Source of the DNA: Octopus vulgaris
Lineage: Eukaryota
DNA length: 64,000 bases
Direction: 5' to 3'
NCBI GenBank assembly: GCA_951406725.2
Contig: OX597815.1
Location: 16,306,001 to 16,370,000 of the forward strand
In this document: positions 52,650-63,676 of the stretch, piece by piece
Layout of the letters: each line of letters begins with the position of its first letter
Numbering within the stretch: position 1 is the stretch's first letter
Program-made: the position numbers and the translations under genes
Notes under the pieces: model-generated
The model's database searches: none
What the model was told of the DNA's origin: nothing
The model's input: only the letters and a program-made list of their open reading frames with translations

Positions 52650-53230
52650 CAGTTTTAAGGGTGGAATGGAGAAGTCAGTTCCACCAACTCCAGTATTTTA
52701 CTGGTTCTTATTTCATCGCTCTCGAATGGATGAAAGACAAAGTCAAACTCAGTGGAATTTGAGCTCAGGACATTGAGATAGACGAAATGTCGCTAAGCAT
52801 TTTGTTCGGCGTGCTAATGATTCTTATTTCTTTATTGCCCACAAGGGGCCAAACAAGGACAGTCAAAGGGATTAAGTAGATTACACCGACCCCAGTGCGT
52901 AACTGGTACTTAATTTATCGACCCCGAAAGAATGAAAGGCAAAGTCGACCTCGGCGGAATTTGAACTCAGAACGTAGCGGCAAACGAAATACCTATTTCT
53001 ATTTCTTTACTACCCACAAGGGGCTAAACACAGAGAGGACAAACAAGGACAGACAAACGGATTAAGTCGATTATATCGACCCCAGTGCGTAACTGGTACT
53101 TATTTAATCGACCCCGAAAGGATGAAAGGCAAAGTCGACCTCGGCGGAATTTGAACTCAGAACGTAGCGGCAGACGAAGTACCGTTAAGCACTTCGCCCG
53201 GCGTGCTAACGATTCTGCCAGCTCGCCGCC
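52650..53230 (-). repeat. Tandem/nested Deu/Nin-like SINE units
   Basis: Junction GAAATACCTATTTC at 52986-52999; complete head at the right end. Confidence 0.8.
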
Positions 53231-54509
53231 TTAATGACATAATAATAAACTAGATCCTAGGTGTTTATTTTTGTGCAATACGAACCAATGAAGGGACCTC
53301 TTGATGGTCTCTTGACTTGCTAGAAATTGTAGTCAAATTCACCCAAGTCGTTACTTATACGATTGTAATCAACTATGCCCATGCCATTTTAAGGAGCTCA
53401 CCTATATGGATTTATGAATTTTCTCGAGAAAAATGTAGGGCATTATATAAAAAATAACAGAATGGTGACAGCTGAAATACTTTTAGTTATAGGATAGTTT
53501 GATGAAGATTGACTAAGGGAGAAACAATAACACCTACTAAATGTCTTTTTTTCCTTTTTTTGTTTTTGTTTTGTTAACTTAATAGTACGAGCTAGAGTTA
53601 GTAGAACACAAATTCGAAAAACATTTCTGAAAATTCTATTGTGTCTGGGGAGAGTCCTTCTCTTTTGGTACCTTATAATTTAAACACACTGACCGGTAAA
53701 ATTTCCACTTCTTTTTTTAATTTCTGAAAATACAAAAAAAAAAAAAAAAAGAAAATTACAACTGGTGGTCAGAACTCTGTCCAAACCCTACAGTCATAAA
53801 AAAAAAAAAAAGGGCGTGGATATTTATAGGGTTAAACATAACAGGTGAGGAAAAGAGCCATCACCACCACACTACGTTCTATCTTCTTCAATAAAGAGAT
53901 AATATTTTATAGACTCGATCTGGGGCAACTGATATTGTTGTTGTTTGTTCCTTGTTGAGTCACGCCTGGCTCATAAGGGCCAGTTTCCCTGTTTCCTTGG
54001 CGTATAGGTTCCCCACCTGGATGGGACGCCGGTCCATCGCAGGTGAGCTGCAAGATGCAGAGGAAAGAGTGAGAGTAAGTTTTGACAAAAGAGTCAGCAG
54101 GAGTTGGCCATTACCTTCTGCCGGAGCCGCGTGGAGCTTAAGTGTTTCGCTCATAAACACACACATCGCCCGGTCTGAGATTCGAACCCGCGATCCCTCG
54201 ACCGCGAGTCCGCTGCTCTAATCACTAGGCCATGTGCCTCCACCAACTGATATTGCTTACCTATGTGAGTTTATAGCATCTAGCTCTGCCCGAGATCCTG
54301 GAACAAACTTAGTATTTCATCACTCCAGGGTTTATAAAATGAGTACCACTAATAGACCAATAAATGATTAAAATAGACCATACCCTTAAAATAAATTTAT
54401 CATTTAAAGAGCTTAATTACATAGATTTCATGACAGAAAAAAATTTCGAACTACTTTCTATTCAAAAGAGAACATCCAACTACCCATCTAACCACACATA
54501 CATACTGAC

Positions 54510-54800
54510 TGACAGAAGACAGAAACCGCGTTATTGCCAACTGTGAGAGGATGTCTTCTAGATATTATCTTTCCATGTGACATGATGTAGTGGCCATAAT
54601 GGTCTGGAACAGGATAACGAAAGAAAAAACACCTGCAAAGTTGACTATATTGAGACCGATGGGTCAAAAGATAATTAGTCAAACTTAAAAATTGAAACAA
54701 CCACCAAGTTGAAACACGACGAACCAGATATTGTTGTGTGGGATGACAAGGAAATGTATGTACTGTTGTGGAAATCAGTTACCCTCTGGACACCAATGTA
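54510..54800 (+). mobile_element. Fragment of a restriction-like-endonuclease non-LTR element (R4/NeSL-like)
   Basis: HDVVA followed by KLKHDEPDIVVWD and VVEISYPLDTNV (PD-x-E motif), frameshifted. Confidence 0.55.
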
Positions 54801-55683
54801 TCAATGGTATCAAAAAGTTTCTGGACTAGTTCTGTAGTAAGCCAACAGATGGCAGCACATGGTTGTGTGGACAATGAGAGCTGGCAGTGACCTCCACGAT
54901 GCAGTGTGCTGAGTGACCTCACTGTGTTTACTTTGCAAGTTGTGAAATTCGTGCTTTTGTGATCACATCTATGCTGTAGTCTGTGATTTTGTCGTGGACA
55001 GGAAGCTGGGACAAAGAGCCAATGTGAAATTTTGCGTTAACTTGAGAAGTCTGCTACAGAGACATTGAGCATGCTCTGGCAAGCTTATGGCGATGAGGCA
55101 ATGGGTCGTATGCAATGTTTCAAGTGGCATGGATGCTTCAAAGGTGAAGGAGCATCCCTGGAAGATGATGAGCAATCTGGAAGACCCACCATGAGTGTTA
55201 CACTCGGAAACGTGGTATTGTGGATAGGGAACTTGTCCCTCAGGACCAGATCATCGATCGAGAGTTCTACTGTGACATTTTGAATTGTTTGAGGGAGGAC
55301 CTTTGGTGAAAGGGACTGGATCTGTAGAGTATGAAGAATTGGATTCTTCATGAAGCTCCCCTCATAATTTCCTTGCTAAAAACAACATGGTATCACGTCT
55401 GCACCCACCCTATTTGCTAGATTTAGCACCTGTGGGCTTCTATCTCTTCCCCAATGTGAAAATGCAGTTTGAAGGTTTTTGAGATCCAGAGTGAATTGCA
55501 GAAGGTCCTTGACTTGCTTACGGAAAAGAACTTCAAGGCTGGATTCCAAATGTGGCAGGAATTCTGGGATCAGTGTATTGCTGCACAAGGTAACTCTTTC
55601 AAAGGAGATGATGTTAACACTTAGGTAAATAAGTTATTTTTCATTAAATATAACTAGTCTGGGAACCTTTTGATACCACCTTG
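54801..55683 (+). mobile_element. Internally deleted mariner transposon
   Basis: TIRs TGGTATCAAAAAGTTTCTGGACTAGT / ACTAGTCTGGGAACCTTTTGATACCA with TA flanks; HTH region QAYGDEAM...FKWH..FK.....LEDDEQSGRP. Confidence 0.85.
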
Positions 55684-56372
55684 TACATTCATAATACATC
55701 CATACATGCATGCATCCATGCATGAATAGTATGTACACACACACATGCACACACACATACATACATAGATAATACATACACACACACACACACAAACAAA
55801 CAAACAATAACTGTTTGACTCTGCTCTACATGACTTAAAGTTAATGTACATGCAGGATCTTGCAAGCATGAAGTGGATTCGATCCACCTCAGCCAAATTT
55901 AAATCAACAGTTCAACAGAACTTTTCTCACGGTGGAACAATGGTTTTTCTCTGACAGCAGTTTTACATTTGCCAGATTGCCTTTAGCTAGGCTGAAATAA
56001 TGTCTTCACCACTTGACCCTTATAACCTCTTCTACTTCACCAAAAGCTAGAATAGAGATACCACAGTACCACCAATGAAGCCCATTGTTCTCAACGTTAT
56101 GTCTATCCTTCTGGATAGTTATAAAAGCAAGCACTCCCAAGCAAAAACCAAGCAGTCACTTGGTGACCAGGGAATGAGGCAGCTTGTGATGACTCAATTA
56201 GTTAGGGAATGGACTGCTAGAATCATGACCACAAGGAAGGCAGCTACTAAAGACAATGGTCAGCAGAGAGAAATGAAATTTACTATCAGCAACTGTGAGA
56301 CAATGTCCCACAACCCTACACACTCTCACTAGCTCTAATTATGTTCTCTTACAACATCATTCTATCACTATC

Positions 56373-56580
56373 TGTGGTAACGTGTACACAAAACTATACA
56401 AAGAAAAATTCTACCACATCTAACTTTCTTTCGCATGCTCTCGGATGTTACAACTTACCCGTTGAGGTAAGGTATTTTTCAACGTAAAAGTAAATAAATA
56501 TTTTCTTAAAACTTCATGCACATCTTACAACTTGCTGTTATAACAACACATTTTTATCGTTACAATTGGTGACCCTCGAC
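56373..56580 (+). mobile_element. Probable 5' LTR plus tRNA-Trp primer-binding site
   Basis: TGT...TTACA (56373-56564) followed by TGGTGACCCTCGAC, a near-complement of the tRNA-Trp 3' end. Confidence 0.5.
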
Positions 56581-57444
56581 TTCAACTAAAAACGTAACCT
56601 TTACATATGTAAATAAAAATGAGTTAAGAAAAGCAGCTCAGATTTTGAGATAGATCTGACCGCAATTTCTAGCAGGCCATTTGATCACATAAAGATTTTT
56701 TATTGATTTATAATGTTAGCTGTGTCCTCATAGAGGTTTTGTTCTTAATAGTGTAATATTAATGTTCTCATTAGTGTAATGTTAGCATTGTACTCAAACC
56801 CTTGAGCCTACCCCACCACACATTTTATCTATAGATCAAAGAATCAAAAAATCAAATCAAAATCGAAATCGATCAACATCAATGGAATTTGTAGTTTGTG
56901 GTACCAGTGCCGGTGCCACATGAGAGAACCTTCCGAACGTGGCCGTAGCCAGCACCGCATCGACTGGCCTCCGTGCTGGTGGCACGTAACAAACACCATC
57001 CGAGCATGGCCGTGCCAGCCTCGTCTGGCACCTGTGTCGGTGGCACATAAAAAGCACCCACTACACTCACGGAGCGGTTGGCGTTAGGAAGGGCATCCAG
57101 CTGTAGAAACACCGCCAGATCTAACTGGCCTGGTGCAGCCTTCGGGCTTCCCAGATCCCAGTTGAACCGTCCAACCCATGCTAGCATGGAAAGCGGACGT
57201 TAAACGATGATGATGATGATGATGTTCATGTTGGACATCAACAACATTTAGGAGTATTTATGTCCTCATTATTCATTGTGTCCTTTCTTAAAGTAATGTT
57301 TAACTTGAGGGAGATTTGGCTGCTATTTCTAGCAGAATGAGTGACTATATAGTGGCTTGGTCATTACTCTTGTGTAACCAGGTGTAGTGTTGATGTTGTT
57401 CTTGTGGTATAATGTTGGTGCTGTTCATGTTACTTTATTCACAG

Positions 57445-57595
57445 CTCGGACTGTGTTAATTGGGTTGTTATGCCCTCTGTGGGACCAGAAACAATGAAAT
57501 TGAGTCGAAATGTCAGGGGAAGATTTACAGGTGATGTGAGCCATGAATTTAAGTTAAAGAAAGATGGGGTTGATGAGGAAGAGGAAGAACATGAG
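57445..57595 (+). CDS. RSPH9: RSPH9 exon 2 (SDCVNWVVMP...RGRFTGDVSHEF...EEEEEHE)
   Basis: CAG/GTAAGT, 151 nt, phase 2/0. Confidence 0.93.
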
Positions 57596-58256
57596 GTAAG
57601 TATAAAGGCATTCTTTTATTCTTTCACTGATTCCAGTCATTGGATTGTGACCATGCTTTAACACCACCTTTAGCATTTAATTTGGCCATATCCAACCCAA
57701 ATATTCTACCCGGTTTTATGTTAGAATCGACCAGATCCAACCTCACACACCTACCTGACAATGTCATTCTAAAAATAACAGATTGGAGCCTGGCGTGGCG
57801 TACCAGTTTTCAGTCAAACCATCCAACCCATGCCAGCATGGAAAGTAGATGTTAAATGATGATGACGATACCATTGAAATCTTGAAGCTACAAGATAATG
57901 TGTGATTAATTCAAAACACCTTTCTTCACCAAACTTTATGTTTTCCCAAGTCAGGTAATATTCCCCCATGACTAAACATGTTTTCGCAGCAGATTGGAAA
58001 CAAGGGACTCTGTTTGCATGACACTGCTTGATAGTTTGCAATATTATGTGATGTCAAAGCAAGGAGTTTATAACACACAAAATGTGCAGGTGGCACGTAA
58101 AAAAGCACCCACTACACTCACGGAGTGGTTGGCGTTAGGAAGGGCATCCAGCTGTAGAAACATTGCCAGGTAAGACCGGAGCCTGGTGCAGCCTTCTGGC
58201 TTCCCAGATCCCCGGTCGAACCGCCCAACCCATGCCAGCATGGGGAACGGACGTTA

Positions 58257-58259
58257 AAC

Positions 58260-58294
<35 letters not shown>

Positions 58295-58323
58295 CGATGA
58301 TGATGATGATGATGATGATGGAT
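58257..58323. repeat. (GAT)n microsatellite tail of an RTE 3'-end copy
   Basis: About 22 triplets. Confidence 0.95.
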
Positions 58324-58660
58324 GCATGCATGCATGCATGCATGCATATGTGGCATGCACACATTTTTTTTTTTTTTTCTGTACTTGTTTCAGTCATTTG
58401 ACTGCGGCCATGCTGGAGCACCGCCTTTTAGAGTGGTGAAAGAGTACAGCAGGGATCACCACCATTCCCTGCCGGAGCCTCGTGGAGCTTTTAGGTGTTT
58501 TCGCTCAATAAACACACACAACGCCCGGTCTGGGAATCGAAACCGCGATCCTCCGACCGCAAGTCCGCTGCCCTAACCACTAGGCCATTGCGCCTCCACT
58601 AGGCCATTGCGCCTCCTATACATATACACATGTACATATACACATACATATACATATATA

Positions 58661-59400
58661 CAGGGTGTGGTGAATTAACTGTCGTTGAAAAAAAATGAAA
58701 ATAACACTGATATCTCATTTTAAAAGATATATTTACCAAAATTACATAAAAATATCTTGAAATACTAAAGATTTAATTTCTTCAATAAAATCGCCATTGG
58801 CTTCAACCACAGCCTCCAGACGACTTTGGAATCTCCTGTAACCCTTCTGGATGGTCTCTTTGTTTGAGTTGGTCAATGCTGCCATAATCCTTGCCTTCAG
58901 TTCATCTTTGGTGCTACAAGGAGTTTTGTTGGTCTCTCGCTCAGCTGCGCCCCACACATAATAATCAAGGGAATTGCAGTGTGGGGAGTTAGGTAGCCAG
59001 ATGTTAGGGGTGATGTGGTCGCAGAAATTGTCTGACAGCAATGACTGGGTTCTCCTGCTTGTGTGGCATGGTGCAGAGTCCTGTTGCCAGACACAGGGTC
59101 TTCCAGCAACCACCCTCTTTACCCAGGGCAGCACTGCTTCCTCCAGGCACTTGATGTAGGTCTGAGGTCAAAGATGGGAAGATGAATGGAGGCATAGCAT
59201 TGCCATCACTTGTGATCACTCTAAACGCCACGATGTTGACTGGATGTTTGATTTTTATCATCCTCGGTACATGTCCTCAAATTGACACCCAAACACTCTG
59301 AAGTGTTCGTACTGGATCTTCTGGCATGAATGCTATGCAGTACAGCATGTCATTTCCAAACTTCTGGCAGAGTGAATTGCATCATGGTGCTGTTTGTCTT
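58661..59400 (-). mobile_element. Decayed maT/DD37D Tc1-mariner transposon
   Basis: WQQDSAPCH...WLPNSPHCNSLDYYVW with 37 residues between the 2nd and 3rd Asp; TA|CAGGGTG end. Confidence 0.85.
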
Positions 59401-60629
59401 GAGGGGAGGAGGAGGAGAATGGGTGGGGGGAGATGTATGTATATAAAATGGACAGGCTGAGGACCACACCTCATTTGTATGTTCTATTCTGAGGATGATT
59501 TCTATAACTGGATAACAACCTGTCATTTTACAGAGTGTACTGGATGCATTTTAACATGGCACCAACACAGGAAATATGTATTTCACTACTGCCCACAAGG
59601 GGCTAAACACAGAGGGGACAAACGGATTATGTCGATTACATCGACCCCAGGGCGTAACTGGTACTTAATTTATCGACCCTGAAAGGATGAAAGGCAAAGT
59701 TGACCTCGGCGGAATTTGAACTCAGAACGTAACGGCAGACGAAATACAGCTACGCATTTCGCCTGGCGTGCTGAGTCTGCCAGCTCGCCGCCTTGCAACA
59801 CAGGAAATATGTTTTGTATTCTCTGTATTCTCCATTCTTTCAAGTCAAATGTGTCCGAATGTAAGGAGAAGCAGAGTGATGGCAACAATAAAAGAGGAAA
59901 GAGTAATGAATATGATTTCAATAGAGGAAACAGAGTGATAAGATGGTAAGGAATGGAAAAGACAAGCTAGATGCTAGTTATTGGTAGGAGGTTGAATAGA
60001 ACATAGCTTGAGCAACATGTTGGAACAGCAATAAAGATGCTATTGTTGTAGAGAGTGAGTGGTGGCTAACAGAGATAAGTGATGGTGAGAGTGGTAGGGG
60101 CCAGCTGAAAGTCACAAGGGTGGAAAGAGAATTATGGTTAGTTGTAGAGAGTGACGATGATGAATATGGATACGTCTGAGGTCATCCCTCATTATCCGAG
60201 GCATTGTGATAGGAAAAAAGCAGGGTGAAAGAGTTAGGGCTGTAATGAGAATGGGTAGTGGTGGATAGTTTAGGGAAATACCAATCTTTGTTACTTGGGT
60301 GGTGTGGTACAGGGAATAGAACAGGGGTGTTAGATGAGAAGGTAATGAACAGTGCGAAAACTTCACTGGCGGACGGACGTATACTGGGGTAGAAATTCAA
60401 CGATATTATACACCCATACCTCTATCACCACTACCATTATTTTAATGGATATTTTGCCTTGCTTGCACATGTGGGCAGGTTTTGCCTAGTGCCACATGTT
60501 GCCATAATATGGAATTTGCCATCTCTTTCATGATGTTTAGCTTCTTGAAGTCAGCTTTTACCATTGCCTTCCTAGGTTTTCTCTTTGCTACAGTTCTCAT
60601 CGACACTCAACACTCAGTAATTCTTTTAA

Positions 60630-60851
60630 CCCTTTCCTTACTGTATTTATTTCGAGATGCTCTGTGTTTCTTTAAATTAATTTTAAATATAACAAAGAAT
60701 TTAGTATAATAACTTAGTTATCACTAAGCTAGTGTTAGGAACATAAACTGTGACTAAGGTTTGGTGGAAGATTTTAATTCAAAACTTATGAAAACAAGAC
60801 AATTGTACAACAGAGCCAAGGGCAGATTCAGCTGGGTTGGTATCAAAAGGG
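60630..60851. mobile_element. piggyBac-type MITE family B
   Basis: TTAA TSD, CCCTTT TIRs. Confidence 0.8.
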
Positions 60852-61381
60852 TTAAACAATGACAAGATAATCCCATACCAGTGCAGTTTTCTTCTTTATA
60901 CATTTCATTCGATTCCTCTTACATCCAGCTCTTTTCTTGCCACTCACCTGTGCTCCACTGTTCATACACTCTTCATACATTATGCATCCAGTGTTAGCTT
61001 TGTTTCATCTCAGTCATTACAACTCACTCAACAAAATAAACTCCTCAGATCAACTTAACCCTTTAGCATTCAGATTTCTTGGTCAAATGTAATGCATCCA
61101 ACCCTAGAAATTCTGCCTCATCAAATTTTGTCCAAACAATGCAAGCATGAAAAGTGGAAGTTAAAACAATGATGAATGTGTATATCATCATCATCATCAT
61201 CATCATCGTTTAACGTCCGTTTTCCGTGCTAGCACGGGTTGGACGGTTCAACTGGGGTCTAGGAAGCCAGGAGGCTGCACCAGGCTCCAGTCTGATCTGG
61301 CAGTGTTTCTACAGCTGGATGCCCTTCCTAACACCAACCATTCTGCGAGTGTAGTGGGTGCTTTTTACATGCCACCGGCAC

Positions 61382-61432
<51 letters not shown>

Positions 61433-61467
61433 TACTGTAGTTCGCTTGAAGCATTGTGTATTGTTTG

Positions 61468-62003
61468 TAAAGAATAAGAAGTTTCAAATGGTGCAACAGT
61501 ACACTATAATACAGACGATGGGCTATACACCTGTTGTAATTTAGTCACCCATAGTCTGATATGATATTTCGGAATAATATTCCTTCTTCAGATATTCTTA
61601 GATGAAGTCGCTGCTATAATCGGCGAGCTGGCAGAAACGTTAGCACGCCGGGCAAAATGCTTAGCGGTATTTCGTCTGTCGTTATGTTGTGAGTTCAAAT
61701 TCCGCCGAGGTCGACTTTGCCTTTCATCCTTTTGGGGTCGATAAATTAAGTCCAGTTACGCACTGGGGTCGATGTAATCAACTTAATACCTATGTCTGTC
61801 CTTGTTTGTCCCCTCTGTGTTTAGCCCCTTGTGGGTAATAAAGAAATAGCTATAATCGGTTTTCTAAGTAAGTTAGAAAACCGATTATAGCAGCGACTCC
61901 ATCTAAGAATATCAGACTATGGATGCCTAAATTACAACAGGTATACAGCCCATCGTCTGTATTATAGTGCATTGCTGCACCATTCGAAACTTTTTATTCT
62001 TTA
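61468..62003. repeat. Fold-back element with a SINE (61624-61848, +) inserted into the left arm
   Basis: Arms are reverse-complementary about 61870; TSD GCTATAATCGG at 61613-61623 and 61849-61859. Confidence 0.85.
61558..61597 (-). ncRNA. Minimal type I hammerhead-like motif with a canonical core
   Basis: Minus strand reads ATAT-CTGAAGA-A-GGAAT-ATT-ATTCC-GAAA-TA-TC-ATAT. Activity untested. Confidence 0.6.
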
Positions 62004-62153
62004 TCATCATCATCATCATCATTTAACGTCCGCTTTCCATGCTAGCATGGGTTGGACGATTTTGACTGAGGGCTGGCGAACCAGATGGCTGCACCAGGCT
62101 CCAATCTTGATTTGGCAGGGTTTCTACAGCTGGATGCCCTTCCTAACACCAAT

Positions 62154-62156
<3 letters not shown>

Positions 62157-62239
<83 letters not shown>
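62157..62239. repeat. (TA)n microsatellite
   Basis: About 41 units; others at about 3595-3635 and 61385-61427. Confidence 0.95.
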
Positions 62240-62245
<6 letters not shown>

Positions 62246-62722
62246 CACGTAAAAAGCACCAACCGATCGTGGCTGTTGCTAGCCCTGCCTGGCACCTGTG
62301 CCGGTGGTATGTAAAAAGCACCCACTACATTCACGGAGTGGTTGGCGTTAGGAAGGGCATCCAGCTGTAGAAACACTGCCAGATCAGACTGGAGCCTGGT
62401 GCAGCTTCCCGGCTTCCCAGACCCTGGTCGAACCGTCCAACCCATGCTAGCATGGAGAACGGACGTTAAATGATGATGATGATGACACACACACACAGAT
62501 ATACAGAGAGAGAAAGAGAGAGATGGATAGCAACGAAGATGGTAAGGGTAGAGGTGAGAAAGAAAGAGAGACTGAAGACTAACAATGTAACGGGATAATG
62601 AGATGGGGATTGAATACAGATAGATCCCTTGTTATCCCTCATTACACTGTGATCGGAAAGAGAGGGGTAAATGCGAGGGTAACAAAGAGAGAAGAGGCCA
62701 GTGGAATTCCATTCAAGAACAA

Positions 62723-63112
62723 TATTGAGTGGAAGCACTCCGTCGGTAACGACGATGAGGGTTCCGGTTGATCCGAATCAATGGAACAGCCTGCTCGTGA
62801 AATTAAAGTGTAAGTGGTTGAGCACTCCACAGACACACGTACTCTTAACGTAGTTCTCGGGGATATTCAGCGTGACACAGAGAGTGACAAGGCTGGCCCT
62901 TTGAAATACAGGTACAACAGAAACAGGAAGTAAGAGTGAGAGAAAGTTGTGGTGAAAGAGTACAGCAGGGATCACCACCATCCCTGCTGGAGCCTTGTGG
63001 AGCTTTTAGGTATTTTTGCTCAATAAACACTCACAACGCCCGGTCTGGGTATTGAAACCGTGATCTTACGACCGCGAGTCCGCTGCCCTAACCACTGGGC
63101 CATCGCGCCTCC
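62723..63112 (-). mobile_element. tRNA-Arg-like SINE, long form
   Basis: Head shared with 13610-13816 and 58381-58597, which carry a different tail. Confidence 0.75.
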
Positions 63113-63200
63113 TTAAAAACAATATTGTAACCCTAAGAAAAAGAAAATATGCAATGTGTTTGTTTTTTTTTATGTACTTATGCATGTTACCAATTTAAAG

Positions 63201-63330
63201 GAAACGGTGAAAGAAGAAGATCGCCTGGCATCTGTGGTGTTGGATATTGACGATGATGTGAGAATAGTTCCAAGAGGCAGTTTTATGTATACACCAACAG
63301 GGAAAGTTGTGTTAAATCCCAGTTTTAAGG
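63201..63330 (+). CDS. RSPH9: RSPH9 exon 3 (ETVKEEDRLASVVLDIDDDVRIVPRGSFMYTPTGKVVLNPSFK)
   Basis: AAG acceptor, GTAAGT donor, 130 nt, phase 0/1. Confidence 0.92.
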
Positions 63331-63676
63331 GTAAGTTTGTCCATTATTTTATATGTGTCGTCTCTTTTGCTTAAAGCATGCTTATAAGGGAAAAATCTAT
63401 GGAGTCACTAAACTTGCTAGAAGTAGCAGCCAATTCTTCATTAGATGACACTCTGCTGTCATTTAAAAGGAAAGGGTACATTAAATGATGTGATCTTAGA
63501 TACACTATTCTTTAGTTTGTTTCAGTCTTTGAACTGCAGCCATGCTGGGGAATAATCTTCAAGAGTTTTAGTCTACTGTGCTGACCCAGAATTTATTTCA
63601 TTCAAGTGCTTAATATTGATCTCTGTTTGTCAAGTCACTAAGTTTTTACCTTTTTTTGATATATGTTATGTTTTAA

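Larger units (their letters stand above)
52222..63330 (+). other. RSPH9: Radial spoke head protein 9 gene, 5' part (3 coding exons; continues beyond the right edge)
   Basis: Exons 52222-52454, 57445-57595 and 63201-63330 join in frame. Motifs LSPEQ..L..SL, FWGKI...YFIA.G, GRFTGD.S.E and KEEDRLA.VV..ID....IVPRG are typical of RSPH9. Confidence 0.93.

Noticed and set aside
330-62496. Many ORFs sharing LQLDALPNANHS(E/V)SVVGAF, or poly-His/poly-Ser runs
   Set aside because: They are translations of the RTE 3'-UTR repeat and its (CAT)n tail, not a protein family.
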